64,000 nt of DNA from Vicinamibacterales bacterium (GTDB lineage Bacteria; Acidobacteriota; Vicinamibacteria; Vicinamibacterales; UBA823), in the NCBI GenBank assembly GCA_965197385.1, contig CBDANA010000009.1, positions 788,558 to 852,557 on the forward strand. Direction: 5' to 3'. The notes beneath the pieces are model-generated. The model was given only the letters and a program-made list of their open reading frames with translations. It was not told the DNA's origin and searched no databases. Of this stretch, positions 29,102 to 39,587 are shown piece by piece; the stretch's first letter is position 1; each line of letters begins with the position of its first letter. The position numbers and the translations under genes are program-made.

Positions 29102-29452
29102 GTGCCTGCGGCGTTGACCCCGCTCTGTTCCATCGCCGAGCTCGAGGCGGCGCTCGCCGAATCGGCCGAGAAGCCCCTGCTGCTCTTCAAGCACTCCAAG
29201 CTCTGCGGTGCCAGCTGTATGGCGCTGGACGAGCTGCAGCGGCACCTCGAGGAAGCCCCGGACACCGTCCGCTATCGGCTCATCACCATCCAAACTAGTC
29301 GAGACGTGTCGAACGAAGCGACCGTTCGGCTCGGTGTGCCGCACAGCAGTCCTCAGGCGATTCTCATTCGCAACGGCGCGGCGGTCTGGACCGCGACGCA
29401 TTTGCAGATCACGGCTGAGGTCCTCTCTGCCGCGACCTCCCGCCGTAGCTGA
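29102..29452 (+). CDS. ytxJ: YtxJ-like monothiol thioredoxin-fold protein (bacillithiol-system type)
   Basis: LLLFKHSKLCGASCMA...VSNEATVRLGVPHSSPQAILIRNGAAVWTATHLQIT matches the YtxJ/DUF2847 pattern. GTG start chosen. Confidence 0.65.
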   Translation: MPAALTPLCSIAELEAALAESAEKPLLLFKHSKLCGASCMALDELQRHLEEAPDTVRYRLITIQTSRDVSNEATVRLGVPHSSPQAILIRNGAAVWTATHLQITAEVLSAATSRRS

Positions 29453-29588
29453 AACCGCTGGATCTGTTGACCACACGTCACGCACCCGACCGCGATGGCG
29501 GTCGATCTCGAACAGAAAGAGCACGACCGAAGCCAGCCTGCGGGGGTGCCGAACAGATCATTGTAGCTGATTCGTATGCGCGAACTGG

Positions 29589-29786
29589 CTAGCAGCCCGT
29601 GGTGAACGTCCCGCGTCGCATCGAAGCCCCTCTAAGGTTAAAACCGAAGCCGCGGTCGACCTGAGGAAGGTGCGAGGAGGAAGCATACCGGCAGTATTCG
29701 ACCCCGCTGATCAGAAGCCGAGCGCCGTCCCTGGCGGGATGCATCGGCGGGGGAATGCGGCCGTATTTATGACAAGGGCCACTAAG
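29589..29786. mobile_element. MITE-like element, copy C
   Basis: Left TIR CTAGCAGCCCGTGGTGAACGTCC, degenerate right end ...GACAAGGGCCACTAAG. Internal blocks are shared with copies B and F (…GAGGAGGAAGCATACCGGCAGTAT…, GGGATGCATCGGCGGGGGAATGCGGCC). Confidence 0.6.
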
Positions 29787-29822
29787 ACAGGGTGGACGCG
29801 GCGCGCCAGACGGAGCGCTCGC

Positions 29823-30212
29823 TCAGTCCGCGCAGGCAAACTGGGTGACGTCGATTGTGCCGGTGAGGAGCGCCGCCGCCGGCACCTCCGACAGCAGAAT
29901 CTGATCGCCGCCGACGCGGTCGGCGTCGGCGAGACGTGCCCAGTATTGCTGGGGTGCCGGCCTGAAGAGTCGACGCAGCGCGTCGGCCGCCACCGCCGCC
30001 TGCACTTGATCCCTGATCGTGTCGAACAGGTCGGCGACCGCCCGATCGCGCGACCGGCCGGTGGTGACGAAGTCCATTTCCAGGCAGTGGGCCACCGGCT
30101 GACTGTCCTTCGTGTAGACCAACACGGTGAGCAAGGCACTGCGGCCATGTCCCCCCCTTTGGCTCCAGGCGAAGGCCCACGCGGGCTCTCTAGAGGTATC
30201 GACTGGCTGCAC
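29823..30212 (-). CDS. hypothetical protein (possible HicB-like fold)
   Basis: 129 aa. LTVLVYTKDSQPVAHCLEMDFVTTGRSRDRAVADLFDTIRDQV resembles HicB-type antitoxin N-domains. No partner toxin is seen. Confidence 0.35.
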   Translation of the reverse strand: MQPVDTSREPAWAFAWSQRGGHGRSALLTVLVYTKDSQPVAHCLEMDFVTTGRSRDRAVADLFDTIRDQVQAAVAADALRRLFRPAPQQYWARLADADRVGGDQILLSEVPAAALLTGTIDVTQFACAD

Positions 30213-30280
30213 CGAGGCTATAGTCGATTGCCGCTCGTATCACCCCCGGGTGGTAGACTCGTCTCGCGCTCACACCGCCC

Positions 30281-31834
30281 ATGGTGACCCACCTGTCCCT
30301 GCTCTCGTGTACCGTCCGCATCGGCGCGACCCTCGTGGTCCTCGCCAGCGGCGCCTGCCGTCCCGCCAGCGAACCCGCCGAGCCAGCGCCCGTCGTCGAT
30401 GACCGCAGCCAGCTCGAAGAACGGTTTCTCGAGATGTTCTCACGGGCCTACTATCCGGGCCGGAGCGGCCAGATCATGCTCGTACCCGAGCCCGGCGACG
30501 TCATGCTGGAACCGGACGATCCCTTCCACCGGTTCATGCACGGTAGCCCGTGGGAGTACGACGTCGAGATTCCCCTGCTGATGTTTGGGCCGGGCGCCAT
30601 TCGACCGGGGATCTACAACGTCCCAGCTACCCAGCGCGATGTGGCTCCGACGGTGGCGGCCCTCCTGGGGGTGCCCACCCCGATCACGATGTCCGGCCGG
30701 GTCCTGAGCGAGGCGTTGCGGGAAGATGCCGAGCCGCCCAGGGCGATCCTCGTGGCCGTACTGGACGGCGCCCGTCGCGACTTGTTCGACCGCCGGGCCT
30801 CGACGCTCCCGACGCTGAGCCGCTTGAAGAGCGAAGGCGCCTGGATCGCCCAGACGACGGTGGACTACCTGCCTTCGTTGACGAGTGTCGGCCACGCGTC
30901 AATTGCGACCGGCGCAGAGCCGCGGGTTCACGGCGTCGTCGCCAACACGATGTTCGACCACATAGCCGGACGACCACGCGGACCGTATCCCGGCCGCACA
31001 CCCACACCGCTCTTGGCCCTGACCATCGCCGACCTCTGGAGCCTCCAGACGCACGGGCGGGCGGTCATCATCGCCCAGGGCACCACGCCACGCGCCACGA
31101 TCCCCCTCGGAGGGCACGGCCGCTGCCTCGTCAACGGCCACGCGCCAGTTCTCGCCATGTTCGACGCCGCCAGCGCCCGCTGGCTGACCAATGAGGACTG
31201 CTACCGCTTGCCGCCGTATGTGGCCGACGATCGTGCCGACCGCATGTGGCAGCGATCCGACGGTGGATGGCTCGGCCACGAGGTATCGGATGGCCGCACG
31301 CTCCTGCGCTCCGGCTGGTTCCCGCAGTTTCAAGCCGACGCGCTGGTCTCGATAATCGAGCGGGAGGCAGTCGGACGGGATGACGTCGCGGATCTGATCC
31401 TCGTCAACTTCAAGACGCTCGACTATGTCGCCCACCGATGGGGACCCGACTCGGACGAGCTCGCGGCGGCCGCCACCGATCTCGACCGCGCCCTGGGGCG
31501 CATCCTGGCGGCACTGACCAGCACGGTCGGCGCCGGTCGGTTCGTGGTCGTCGTGGTGTCAGATCATGGGATGCCGGGTGAACCCGCAGCCAGCGAGGCC
31601 GAGCGTCACTACATCACCGATGTCGTCGACGATCTGCACGCGCGATTCGATCCGCACGAGGCGCGAATCGTGCAGTACTACGGAGATCCAGCCGACAACC
31701 AGATCTTCATCGACCGAGAGCGCTTGGAAGGGCTTGGCTTCACGCTCGCCGCCGTCGCCGATCACATCGCCGCCCTGCCGTTCATCTTCTCGGCCTATAC
31801 CGAAGATGAGGTCGCCGCCGCCAGCCGGCGCTGA
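30281..31834 (+). CDS. alkaline-phosphatase-superfamily nucleotide pyrophosphatase/phosphodiesterase (lipoprotein)
   Basis: Lipobox (LASGAC), metal-site regions VAVLDGARRD, SLTSVGHASIATG and VVVSDHGM. Confidence 0.7.
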   Translation: MVTHLSLLSCTVRIGATLVVLASGACRPASEPAEPAPVVDDRSQLEERFLEMFSRAYYPGRSGQIMLVPEPGDVMLEPDDPFHRFMHGSPWEYDVEIPLLMFGPGAIRPGIYNVPATQRDVAPTVAALLGVPTPITMSGRVLSEALREDAEPPRAILVAVLDGARRDLFDRRASTLPTLSRLKSEGAWIAQTTVDYLPSLTSVGHASIATGAEPRVHGVVANTMFDHIAGRPRGPYPGRTPTPLLALTIADLWSLQTHGRAVIIAQGTTPRATIPLGGHGRCLVNGHAPVLAMFDAASARWLTNEDCYRLPPYVADDRADRMWQRSDGGWLGHEVSDGRTLLRSGWFPQFQADALVSIIEREAVGRDDVADLILVNFKTLDYVAHRWGPDSDELAAAATDLDRALGRILAALTSTVGAGRFVVVVVSDHGMPGEPAASEAERHYITDVVDDLHARFDPHEARIVQYYGDPADNQIFIDRERLEGLGFTLAAVADHIAALPFIFSAYTEDEVAAASRR

Positions 31835-32011
31835 CTCGTGTCCTGTCCCAGTCGTTGGCAATATATCTGCCTGGCGGGGCTCCCGGCTTCAGCGGCGCTG
31901 GGCGTTGTCCACGATGGGTCACACATTCCCGATGGGCTCCCGGGTCGCGCCTTGCCAGCCTGGCGCCGCACTCCGGGATAGATGCCGCGAATCACTGGGA
32001 CAGGACACGAG
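31835..32011. repeat. 177-bp element bounded by a perfect 18-bp inverted repeat
   Basis: CTCGTGTCCTGTCCCAGT (31835-31852) is the exact reverse complement of ACTGGGACAGGACACGAG (31994-32011). It begins one nt after the upstream stop codon. Confidence 0.6.
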
Positions 32012-32078
32012 CACCCCGTCCAAGCCTTCCCGCGGGCCACGTTGCCACGCCGTCCGCTCCCCAGATAGACTGCTACCG

Positions 32079-32765
32079 GTGGCCGGTCTCGCCGCGATCC
32101 TGGTCTCGTCGTTCGAGCATGCCTCGGCGTTGCTGTCGCGTGCTGGCATCGACGGCTCGGTCCTTACGTTTTCCGACGCCGAGCCGCTGAAGGCCATCGC
32201 GGCGATCACACGGCACCGCCCGTCGCTCGTAGTCCTGGAGCGGTTCTTCGCCGCGACCCCGCGCAGCGCCGCGCTGCTCAATCGAATCAAGGTAGATGCG
32301 GCGTTGACCGACACCGTCATCAAGGTGCTGGCGCACGATAGCGGGTACTCACGACTGATTCCTCGAGGGCGCGCCGCAGGGACGGCCGCTGCGCCGGCGC
32401 CGGTGTCCGAACCCGTCACGCCAGCCGCCGAGCCCGACACACCACTCGACGCGAAGGGCACCCGCATCGCGCCCCGAATCCAGTTGCAGCCCGGCGCGCA
32501 ACTCCAGCTGGGCGGCGCACCAGTGGCCATCATGGACCTGTCGCACAGCGGCGCGCAGGTCATCTCGCCGCACGCGCTGAGGCCGAACGATCAGTTCGAT
32601 GCCGTCCTGTCGGACGAAGACGGCATCCTGCAGTTCGAGGCGTGTGTCGTGTGGGCGAACTTCGAAGCGCCCGAGGGACAGGCGCAGTATCGGGCGGGAC
32701 TCACGTTCAGCGGTGCCGACCCGGCCTGGCTCGACAAGTTCTCCGCGGCGCACCGTCCCGCTTGA
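32079..32765 (+). CDS. PilZ-domain protein with a receiver-like N-terminal region
   Basis: The C-terminal RIAPRIQL...VAIMDLSHSGAQVISP...VVWANFE fits PilZ (RxxxR ... DxSxxG). GTG start chosen within track ORF 31566..32765. Confidence 0.5.
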   Translation: MAGLAAILVSSFEHASALLSRAGIDGSVLTFSDAEPLKAIAAITRHRPSLVVLERFFAATPRSAALLNRIKVDAALTDTVIKVLAHDSGYSRLIPRGRAAGTAAAPAPVSEPVTPAAEPDTPLDAKGTRIAPRIQLQPGAQLQLGGAPVAIMDLSHSGAQVISPHALRPNDQFDAVLSDEDGILQFEACVVWANFEAPEGQAQYRAGLTFSGADPAWLDKFSAAHRPA

Positions 32766-32775
32766 CGCTGAGCTG

Positions 32776-34212
<1,437 letters not shown>

Positions 34213-34306
34213 CTAATTCTGACTCTATTCAGCGGACGGCTTACCGAAAACGTCTCCGCGCAAGAAGTCAAGTACGAAATAGGTCGTCGCATTATTGCGT
34301 TTCACG

Positions 34307-34335
34307 TTGACAACGTTTGCCGCCATTCCATAAGT
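34307..34335 (+). promoter_or_regulatory. candidate sigma70-type promoter in an AT-rich island
   Basis: A perfect TTGACA, a 16-17 nt spacer, then CATAAGT, in the most AT-rich stretch of the purA/ATPase intergenic region. Confidence 0.3.
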
Positions 34336-34524
34336 TCTACTTGTCCGAGCGCTGCCCCCGAGCATGTCGCTCGACGGGTATCTCACAGGCGTTCGGCTCG
34401 GAGGATCGTGGCCCACCGCCGCGCGTTCCTTCGATCGGATTGCTAATGACGATCGCCACGCGTCGCTATCCCCTGATCACGGAGGCACGATGACCTCCCG
34501 CCGACGCCTGGCAGCGGCAACACC

Positions 34525-34545
34525 GGACATTCACCACGGGCTACG
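34525..34545. repeat. degenerate right terminus of the CTAG repeat family, copy D
   Basis: GGACATTCACCACGGGCTACG, with CTAC in place of CTAG, 13 nt before ATG 34558. The left half of the element is not clearly recognisable. Confidence 0.4.
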
Positions 34546-34557
34546 CAAGGGCGCGTT

Positions 34558-35721
34558 ATGACGGATGCGCGCCCCGCGGCCGAACGGCGCATCCTCTCGG
34601 CGCTTCACGCCGAACCGGCGCGCATCCCGTTCGTGCTCGGACCCTGTGGCATCGGCCGGACCTCCACGCTCCTCCAACTCCGCGAGACGATCGGCTCCAG
34701 TCGGTGCCAGTACGTGGACGTCGAGCAGTCGGCGACGACGCCTGAGGGCTTCCTTACAGCCGTGACGAGTGCCTCGCCGTTCTCCGGCCCCGCTCACCCG
34801 AGGCCCCTCGAAGACGGTATTTCTGCGCGCGACGCGTTCCAGGCCGCGCTGGGATTTCTGGTCTCGGCCCGGACCGCGGGCGGCGAGCCGGCAACGTTCC
34901 TGCTGGACGAGGCACTCGAGCTTCGGACGTTCGACAGCTTTCCGGGGCTCCGGATCGTCCTCCAGGACCTCATGCAGGCTCTCCAGCACAGCGACAACCG
35001 GTTCGTCCTGACCACGCGCTACGTCAGCCGGGCTCACCGACTGCTGCGGGACGCCCCGTCGAAATATGAGGTTGTTCGTTTACCGTCGTTCTCGCCGGCC
35101 GAGGTCGCCGACGTGCTCTCGGACGACTACGCGCCTCAGGACACCCTGCGCCGCGCGGAGTTGGCCCGTACGGTGCACGCGCTGACTGACGGGCGGCCCG
35201 GGTATGTCCGGTTCCTCGACGACGCGATGCGGATCATGGGTGGTCGGGGCGCCGACGACCCGGTCGCCGCGCTGGCGGGGCAGATGGCGCGCGGCACGCC
35301 GCTGTACGGATGGTGTCGATTCTGTTACGAGCTGCGCCTCCACCGCGCTCGTGGCTACGGCGCCCTGAAAGCCATCCTGCAGGTCCTGGCGGAGGAAGAG
35401 CCGCTGACCCTCACGGCGATCGCCCAACGACTCCGTCGGACGCCCGGCTCGACGAAGGACTACTTGTCGTGGCTGGAAGACGTGGATCTGGTAATGGCGC
35501 GCCAGAAGCGCTACACCTTTCTGGATCCGCTGCTGCGTCTCTGGGTGCGACTCCACTGCCGGTCCGAGCCGCTGAACGATGAAGCCCTCGCCCGAGAGGT
35601 GCAGCGCTTCGCCCACAGCGTGTTGCCGAACGTCGAACCGGCACTGGCCCTCGTGACCGCTGATTCGCCACGTGACGTTGGCCGTCGCGACCGCGGCTGG
35701 AGCGTCGTCGAGATCGACTGA
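34558..35721 (+). CDS. P-loop ATPase (Arch_ATPase/DUF234-like, C-terminal wHTH)
   Basis: Walker A VLGPCGIGRTS, Walker B-like FLLDEALEL, and a C-terminal winged-helix-like region (LTLTAIAQRLRRTPGSTKDYLSWLEDVDLV). Confidence 0.6.
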   Translation: MTDARPAAERRILSALHAEPARIPFVLGPCGIGRTSTLLQLRETIGSSRCQYVDVEQSATTPEGFLTAVTSASPFSGPAHPRPLEDGISARDAFQAALGFLVSARTAGGEPATFLLDEALELRTFDSFPGLRIVLQDLMQALQHSDNRFVLTTRYVSRAHRLLRDAPSKYEVVRLPSFSPAEVADVLSDDYAPQDTLRRAELARTVHALTDGRPGYVRFLDDAMRIMGGRGADDPVAALAGQMARGTPLYGWCRFCYELRLHRARGYGALKAILQVLAEEEPLTLTAIAQRLRRTPGSTKDYLSWLEDVDLVMARQKRYTFLDPLLRLWVRLHCRSEPLNDEALAREVQRFAHSVLPNVEPALALVTADSPRDVGRRDRGWSVVEID

Positions 35722-35726
35722 CCTCC

Positions 35727-35794
35727 GTCAGCCGCCCGTCGTGAACGTCGCGCATCGCCCCGAGGCGTCACGTCGGGTTCTCACCACGGGCTGC
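35727..35794. repeat. short inverted pair of the CTAG-family repeat head (REPIN-like hairpin), copy E
   Basis: GTCAGCCGCCCGTCGTGAACGTC ... GTTCTCACCACGGGCTGC form complementary arms between convergent genes. The right arm encodes the last codons and the stop of rnc. Confidence 0.6.
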
Positions 35795-36743
35795 CCCCGC
35801 GTCGTAGTCGCTGCAGCGCCAGGGCGGCGGCGTGCTGCTCCGCCTCTTTCTTGCTGCGGCCCTTCGCCGTCGCAACCACCTCCTGGCCGACCGTCACGCC
35901 GATCTCGAAGATCTTCGCATGGTCCGGGCCACGTTCGCCGATCACGTGGTACGCCGGCAGGGGCTGCACGTGGGCCTGCGCCCACTCCTGCAGCGCCGAC
36001 TTGGCATCGGCATCGAATCCGGCCGGGCGCCGGCCCATCTGGACCTCGCCTAGGCACTCGAGGAATTCCCGTTCGATGAATGCCCGGGCCGCGTCGATAC
36101 CGCCATCCAGGTAGATCGCGGCGATCACCGCTTCATAGGCGTCGGCCAGCAACCCGGACTTCGACCGCCCCCCAGAGCGCTCCTCACCCTTACCGAGCAC
36201 CAGGTGCGCCCCCAGCCCCAGCGCACGCGCACGCTCGGAAAGCGTGACCGCCGACACGAGGGTCGCCTTCAGCTTCGACTTGCCGCCTTCGTCCTGGTCC
36301 GGGCATTCGCGGTACAGCAGATCGGCGATGACGAAGCCCAGCACGGCATCTCCGAGAAACTCCATCGACTCGTTGTCGACGACACCACCGCTCGGATCCT
36401 CGTGCACCCGCGACCGATGCGTCAGCGCGTCCTCCAGCACCCCCCGGTTCGTGAAGCGATAGCCGAGCGCTGCCTCGAGACGCGCCTCGTCAGCCGGCGG
36501 CCCGTCGCCCGCACCGGCGGCGGCTCGTGACGCGTCGAGAATCTCGCGCGCCTGCGCCACGTCACCAGCCGCAACCATGACGAGTACCGTCAACTGTGGA
36601 TCCCCGCGCAGTGAGGCCAACCGTCCGAGCCGGTCGGTCGAGATGACCGCCTGGATGCCGTGACTGCGCAGCAGCGACTGCACCACGCTCGCCTCGCCTT
36701 CGGAGGCGGTCGCCAACGCGATGGCCAGGTCGTCCGTGCTCAC
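35781..36743 (-). CDS. rnc: ribonuclease III with an ~90-aa N-terminal extension
   Basis: RNase III signature NESMEFLGDAVLG and a C-terminal dsRBD (DAKSALQEWAQ..GPDHAKIF..GRSKKEAEQHAA). The GTG start overlaps the upstream TGA (GTGA). Confidence 0.85.
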   Translation of the reverse strand: MSTDDLAIALATASEGEASVVQSLLRSHGIQAVISTDRLGRLASLRGDPQLTVLVMVAAGDVAQAREILDASRAAAGAGDGPPADEARLEAALGYRFTNRGVLEDALTHRSRVHEDPSGGVVDNESMEFLGDAVLGFVIADLLYRECPDQDEGGKSKLKATLVSAVTLSERARALGLGAHLVLGKGEERSGGRSKSGLLADAYEAVIAAIYLDGGIDAARAFIEREFLECLGEVQMGRRPAGFDADAKSALQEWAQAHVQPLPAYHVIGERGPDHAKIFEIGVTVGQEVVATAKGRSKKEAEQHAAALALQRLRRGGSPW

Positions 36744-38157
36744 GCCGGCGCGACCGCCACTGGTCCGTGTGAGTCGGCCGCGGGAGGCAGGCCCCCCACC
36801 TTGACGAGAATCATCGTCATGTCGTCGTGCTGCTCGGCGCCGTCCACGAACGCATCGACCTCGAGCAGGACGTGCTGCTGCAATTCTTGTGACGAGTGGT
36901 GGCCGTGCTGCTCCAGCGCCTGGCTCAGGCGGGCCTCGCCGAAGAAATCGGACGCGCCGTTCATCGCTTCGGTCACGCCGTCGGTATAGAGCGCAAACAC
37001 ATCGCCCGGCCCGACCTGGAGCGTGCTCTCCTGGAGCAGTGCCTGGAACTTCTCGGCGATCCCCTCGAACTGCAGCCCGAGCGGGCACCCGAGATGCGAG
37101 TGAAAATGTCGCTGATGCGAATCTGGATGGCGGTGCTGACCTTGGCGCTCGAACCGGTAGCCCAGTTCGTGTAATCGAAGAACGTGACCCAGTCGAGGGT
37201 ATACCCGGCGTCCCGCGCCGACGGCACCGTCTGGACCGCCGCCTCCGACCCGAACGCTCGGCCGACCTCCAGCTCCACAATCTGACCGTCTGCCGTGACA
37301 ACGGCGGTGCGACCCAGAGTAATCCCGGTCGTCTCGAGTAGCCGCTCCAGCGTCTGTCCGGCGACCGGCAGGTCCACGACGACGGCGTAGTCCGCCATGG
37401 GATCGACCGGCAGCCCGACCGCCCGCGCGACCAGATCGGTCCGATCGGTCCCAGGAAGGGCAAACGCGAGCAGCCCGCCGAACCCGGTCGGCTGGATCCA
37501 GGCCGGCAGCGCCTCGGGCGGCGATAGATGCCGCCACGGGCCGACGACGAGGGGCACAGCGTCCGCCGCAGGCGAACCCGACCGGGACACCAGCGCGAGT
37601 GAAACGCCTAGGTGACGTCCCACCGTGGCGGTGAGCTTCCCGGCCAGCACCTCCTGTGCTGCCGCTTGACCGCCTCGCCGCTCCAGCTCGCCCGCTGACG
37701 TCTCGGCCAGAACGACCGCCTCCTCGATCAGATCGTCGAATCCGCTGCGCACGAAGAACGAGCTGACGTTCAGGAATATCAGCACGCCGGCGAGCAGAAA
37801 GAACGCCATCACGAGCAACACCGGCACGAAGCCGATGAAGACGTACGACACGATCAGCTTTCGTCGGACGCGTCATAGCAATCGACGCCGGATCGCGCCG
37901 AAGGCCCGGGCGAACACCACGAGGCCTACGACCAGCAGGATCGCGCTGGCGAGGCCATCAACAACGCGGAAGACGGACCAATTCGACAGGGCGCCGAGCG
38001 GTGCCAGAACCTTGACCACGCCCGCCGCCAGCACGGCGCGGCCGGACCAGGTACGCACCAGCCAGGTCACCCCGCGGCGGATCGTATGCGCCGACAGGCG
38101 CGGCTCCGCGCTGGCTTGCTCATGTGGGAGCGGGTCGCGGAGTAAATCTCGGACCAT
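36740..38157 (-). pseudogene. membrane sensor / PP2C (SpoIIE-type) phosphatase, disrupted
   Basis: In-frame TGA: ...FGAIRRRLL-TGA-RVRRKLIVSYVFIGFVPVLLV. A frame change occurs near 37090. Only the C-terminal half of a SpoIIE domain remains (PLGLQFEG...GPGDVFALYTDGVTEA...DDMTMILVKV). Confidence 0.7.
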
Positions 38158-38238
38158 GCAGTTTGAAAATGAAATATATCAGATGTATCGTAACCTGCCG
38201 TCGCTGGAGTCCGCGCCCCGCGACCAACGCACGATCTG

Positions 38239-38417
38239 CTAGCCGCCCGTGGTGAACGTCTGGTCTTGCAGCGGGGGCCCCCGACCATGGAAGCTGCGGT
38301 CCGCCCGAGCAAGGCGCGGCGAGGGAGAATGTTGGGAATACTTGAACGAGAAGCCACGCCGCCAGTGGGGATGCATCGCCGGCCGAATGCCGCCAGACGT
38401 CCACCACGGCCGGCGAG
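38239..38417. mobile_element. MITE-like element, copy F
   Basis: TIRs are CTAGCCGCCCGTGGTGAACGTCTGG and CCAGACGTCCACCACGGCCGGCGAG. The core GCAAGGCGCGGCGAGGGAGAAT is shared with copy B. It ends 9 nt before GTG 38427. Confidence 0.7.
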
Positions 38418-38426
38418 GATCTCCAC

Positions 38427-39587
38427 GTGACAGAGACCCCCGGAACACGGTTCCGCACCCGATGCGTTCATGCCGGACAGGCGCCAGACCCGACGACCGG
38501 CACCATCATCACCCCGATCTATCAAACGTCCACCTATGTCCAGGACGGCTTGGGCCGGCACAAGGGCTACGAGTACTCGCGCACGCAGAACCCCACGCGC
38601 GAGGCGGCCGAAGCAAACATCGCGGCACTCGAGGAGGGCAAGGCCGGCATCGCGTTCGCGTCCGGGATGGCGGCAATCGACGCCGTGTCTACGCTGCTCG
38701 AGTCCGGCGACCATGTCGTCGTCACGGAGAACACCTATGGCGGGACGTTCAGGCTGTTCGAGCAGGTCCTCCGCCGCTACCGCCTGGACTTCACCTACGT
38801 CGATACGAGCGTGCCGGATCGGATCGCCGCGGCCCTCAGGCCGGAGACGCGCATGATCTTCGTCGAGACGCCGGCCAACCCCCTGCTGGACCTCACCGAC
38901 CTGGCCGGCCTAGCCGAACTGGCGCGACCCCGCAACATCACCGTCGTCGTCGACAACACCTTCGCCAGCCCGTGCGTGCAAGAGCCGCTGCTACTCGGCG
39001 CTGATCTCGTCGTGCACAGCACGACGAAATATCTGAACGGCCATGCGGACAGCGTGGGTGGGATGGTGGTGGCGCAGCGAGACGCACAGATCGAATGGCT
39101 GAGGTTCGTCCAGAACGCCGCCGGCGCCATCCTTAGCCCATTCGATGCCTGGCTGCTGCTGCGCGGCACGAAGACCCTCGCGCTTCGAATGGCGGCGCAC
39201 AACGCCGCCGGACTAGCACTGGCCGAGTTCCTCACCGGCCACAGCAAGGTGGCGCGAGTGTTCTACCCCGGCTTGCCGGACCACCCACACCATGCGCTGG
39301 CGGTTCGCCAGATGCGCGGGTTCGGCGGCATGGTGGCGTTCGACCTAGGATCGCTCGACGCGGCCCGAACGGTGCTCGAAGGCGTGGCCCTGCTATCGCT
39401 CGCCGAGAGCCTGGGCGGCGTTGAAAGCCTGATCAGCCACCCCGCGACGATGACCCATGCGTCGGTACCGGCCGAGCAGCGGCGCGCGCGCGGCATCACC
39501 GACGGCCTCGTCCGGATCTCGGCCGGCATCGAAGACGTGGACGACCTGAAAGACGATCTCGGCCAGGCCCTTGATCGAATCCGGTGA
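38427..39587 (+). CDS. Cys/Met-metabolism PLP enzyme (cystathionine gamma-synthase/gamma-lyase family)
   Basis: Motifs YEYSRTQNPTR, FASGMAAI and HSTTKYLNGHADSVGG (PLP lysine). Confidence 0.85.
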   Translation: MTETPGTRFRTRCVHAGQAPDPTTGTIITPIYQTSTYVQDGLGRHKGYEYSRTQNPTREAAEANIAALEEGKAGIAFASGMAAIDAVSTLLESGDHVVVTENTYGGTFRLFEQVLRRYRLDFTYVDTSVPDRIAAALRPETRMIFVETPANPLLDLTDLAGLAELARPRNITVVVDNTFASPCVQEPLLLGADLVVHSTTKYLNGHADSVGGMVVAQRDAQIEWLRFVQNAAGAILSPFDAWLLLRGTKTLALRMAAHNAAGLALAEFLTGHSKVARVFYPGLPDHPHHALAVRQMRGFGGMVAFDLGSLDAARTVLEGVALLSLAESLGGVESLISHPATMTHASVPAEQRRARGITDGLVRISAGIEDVDDLKDDLGQALDRIR

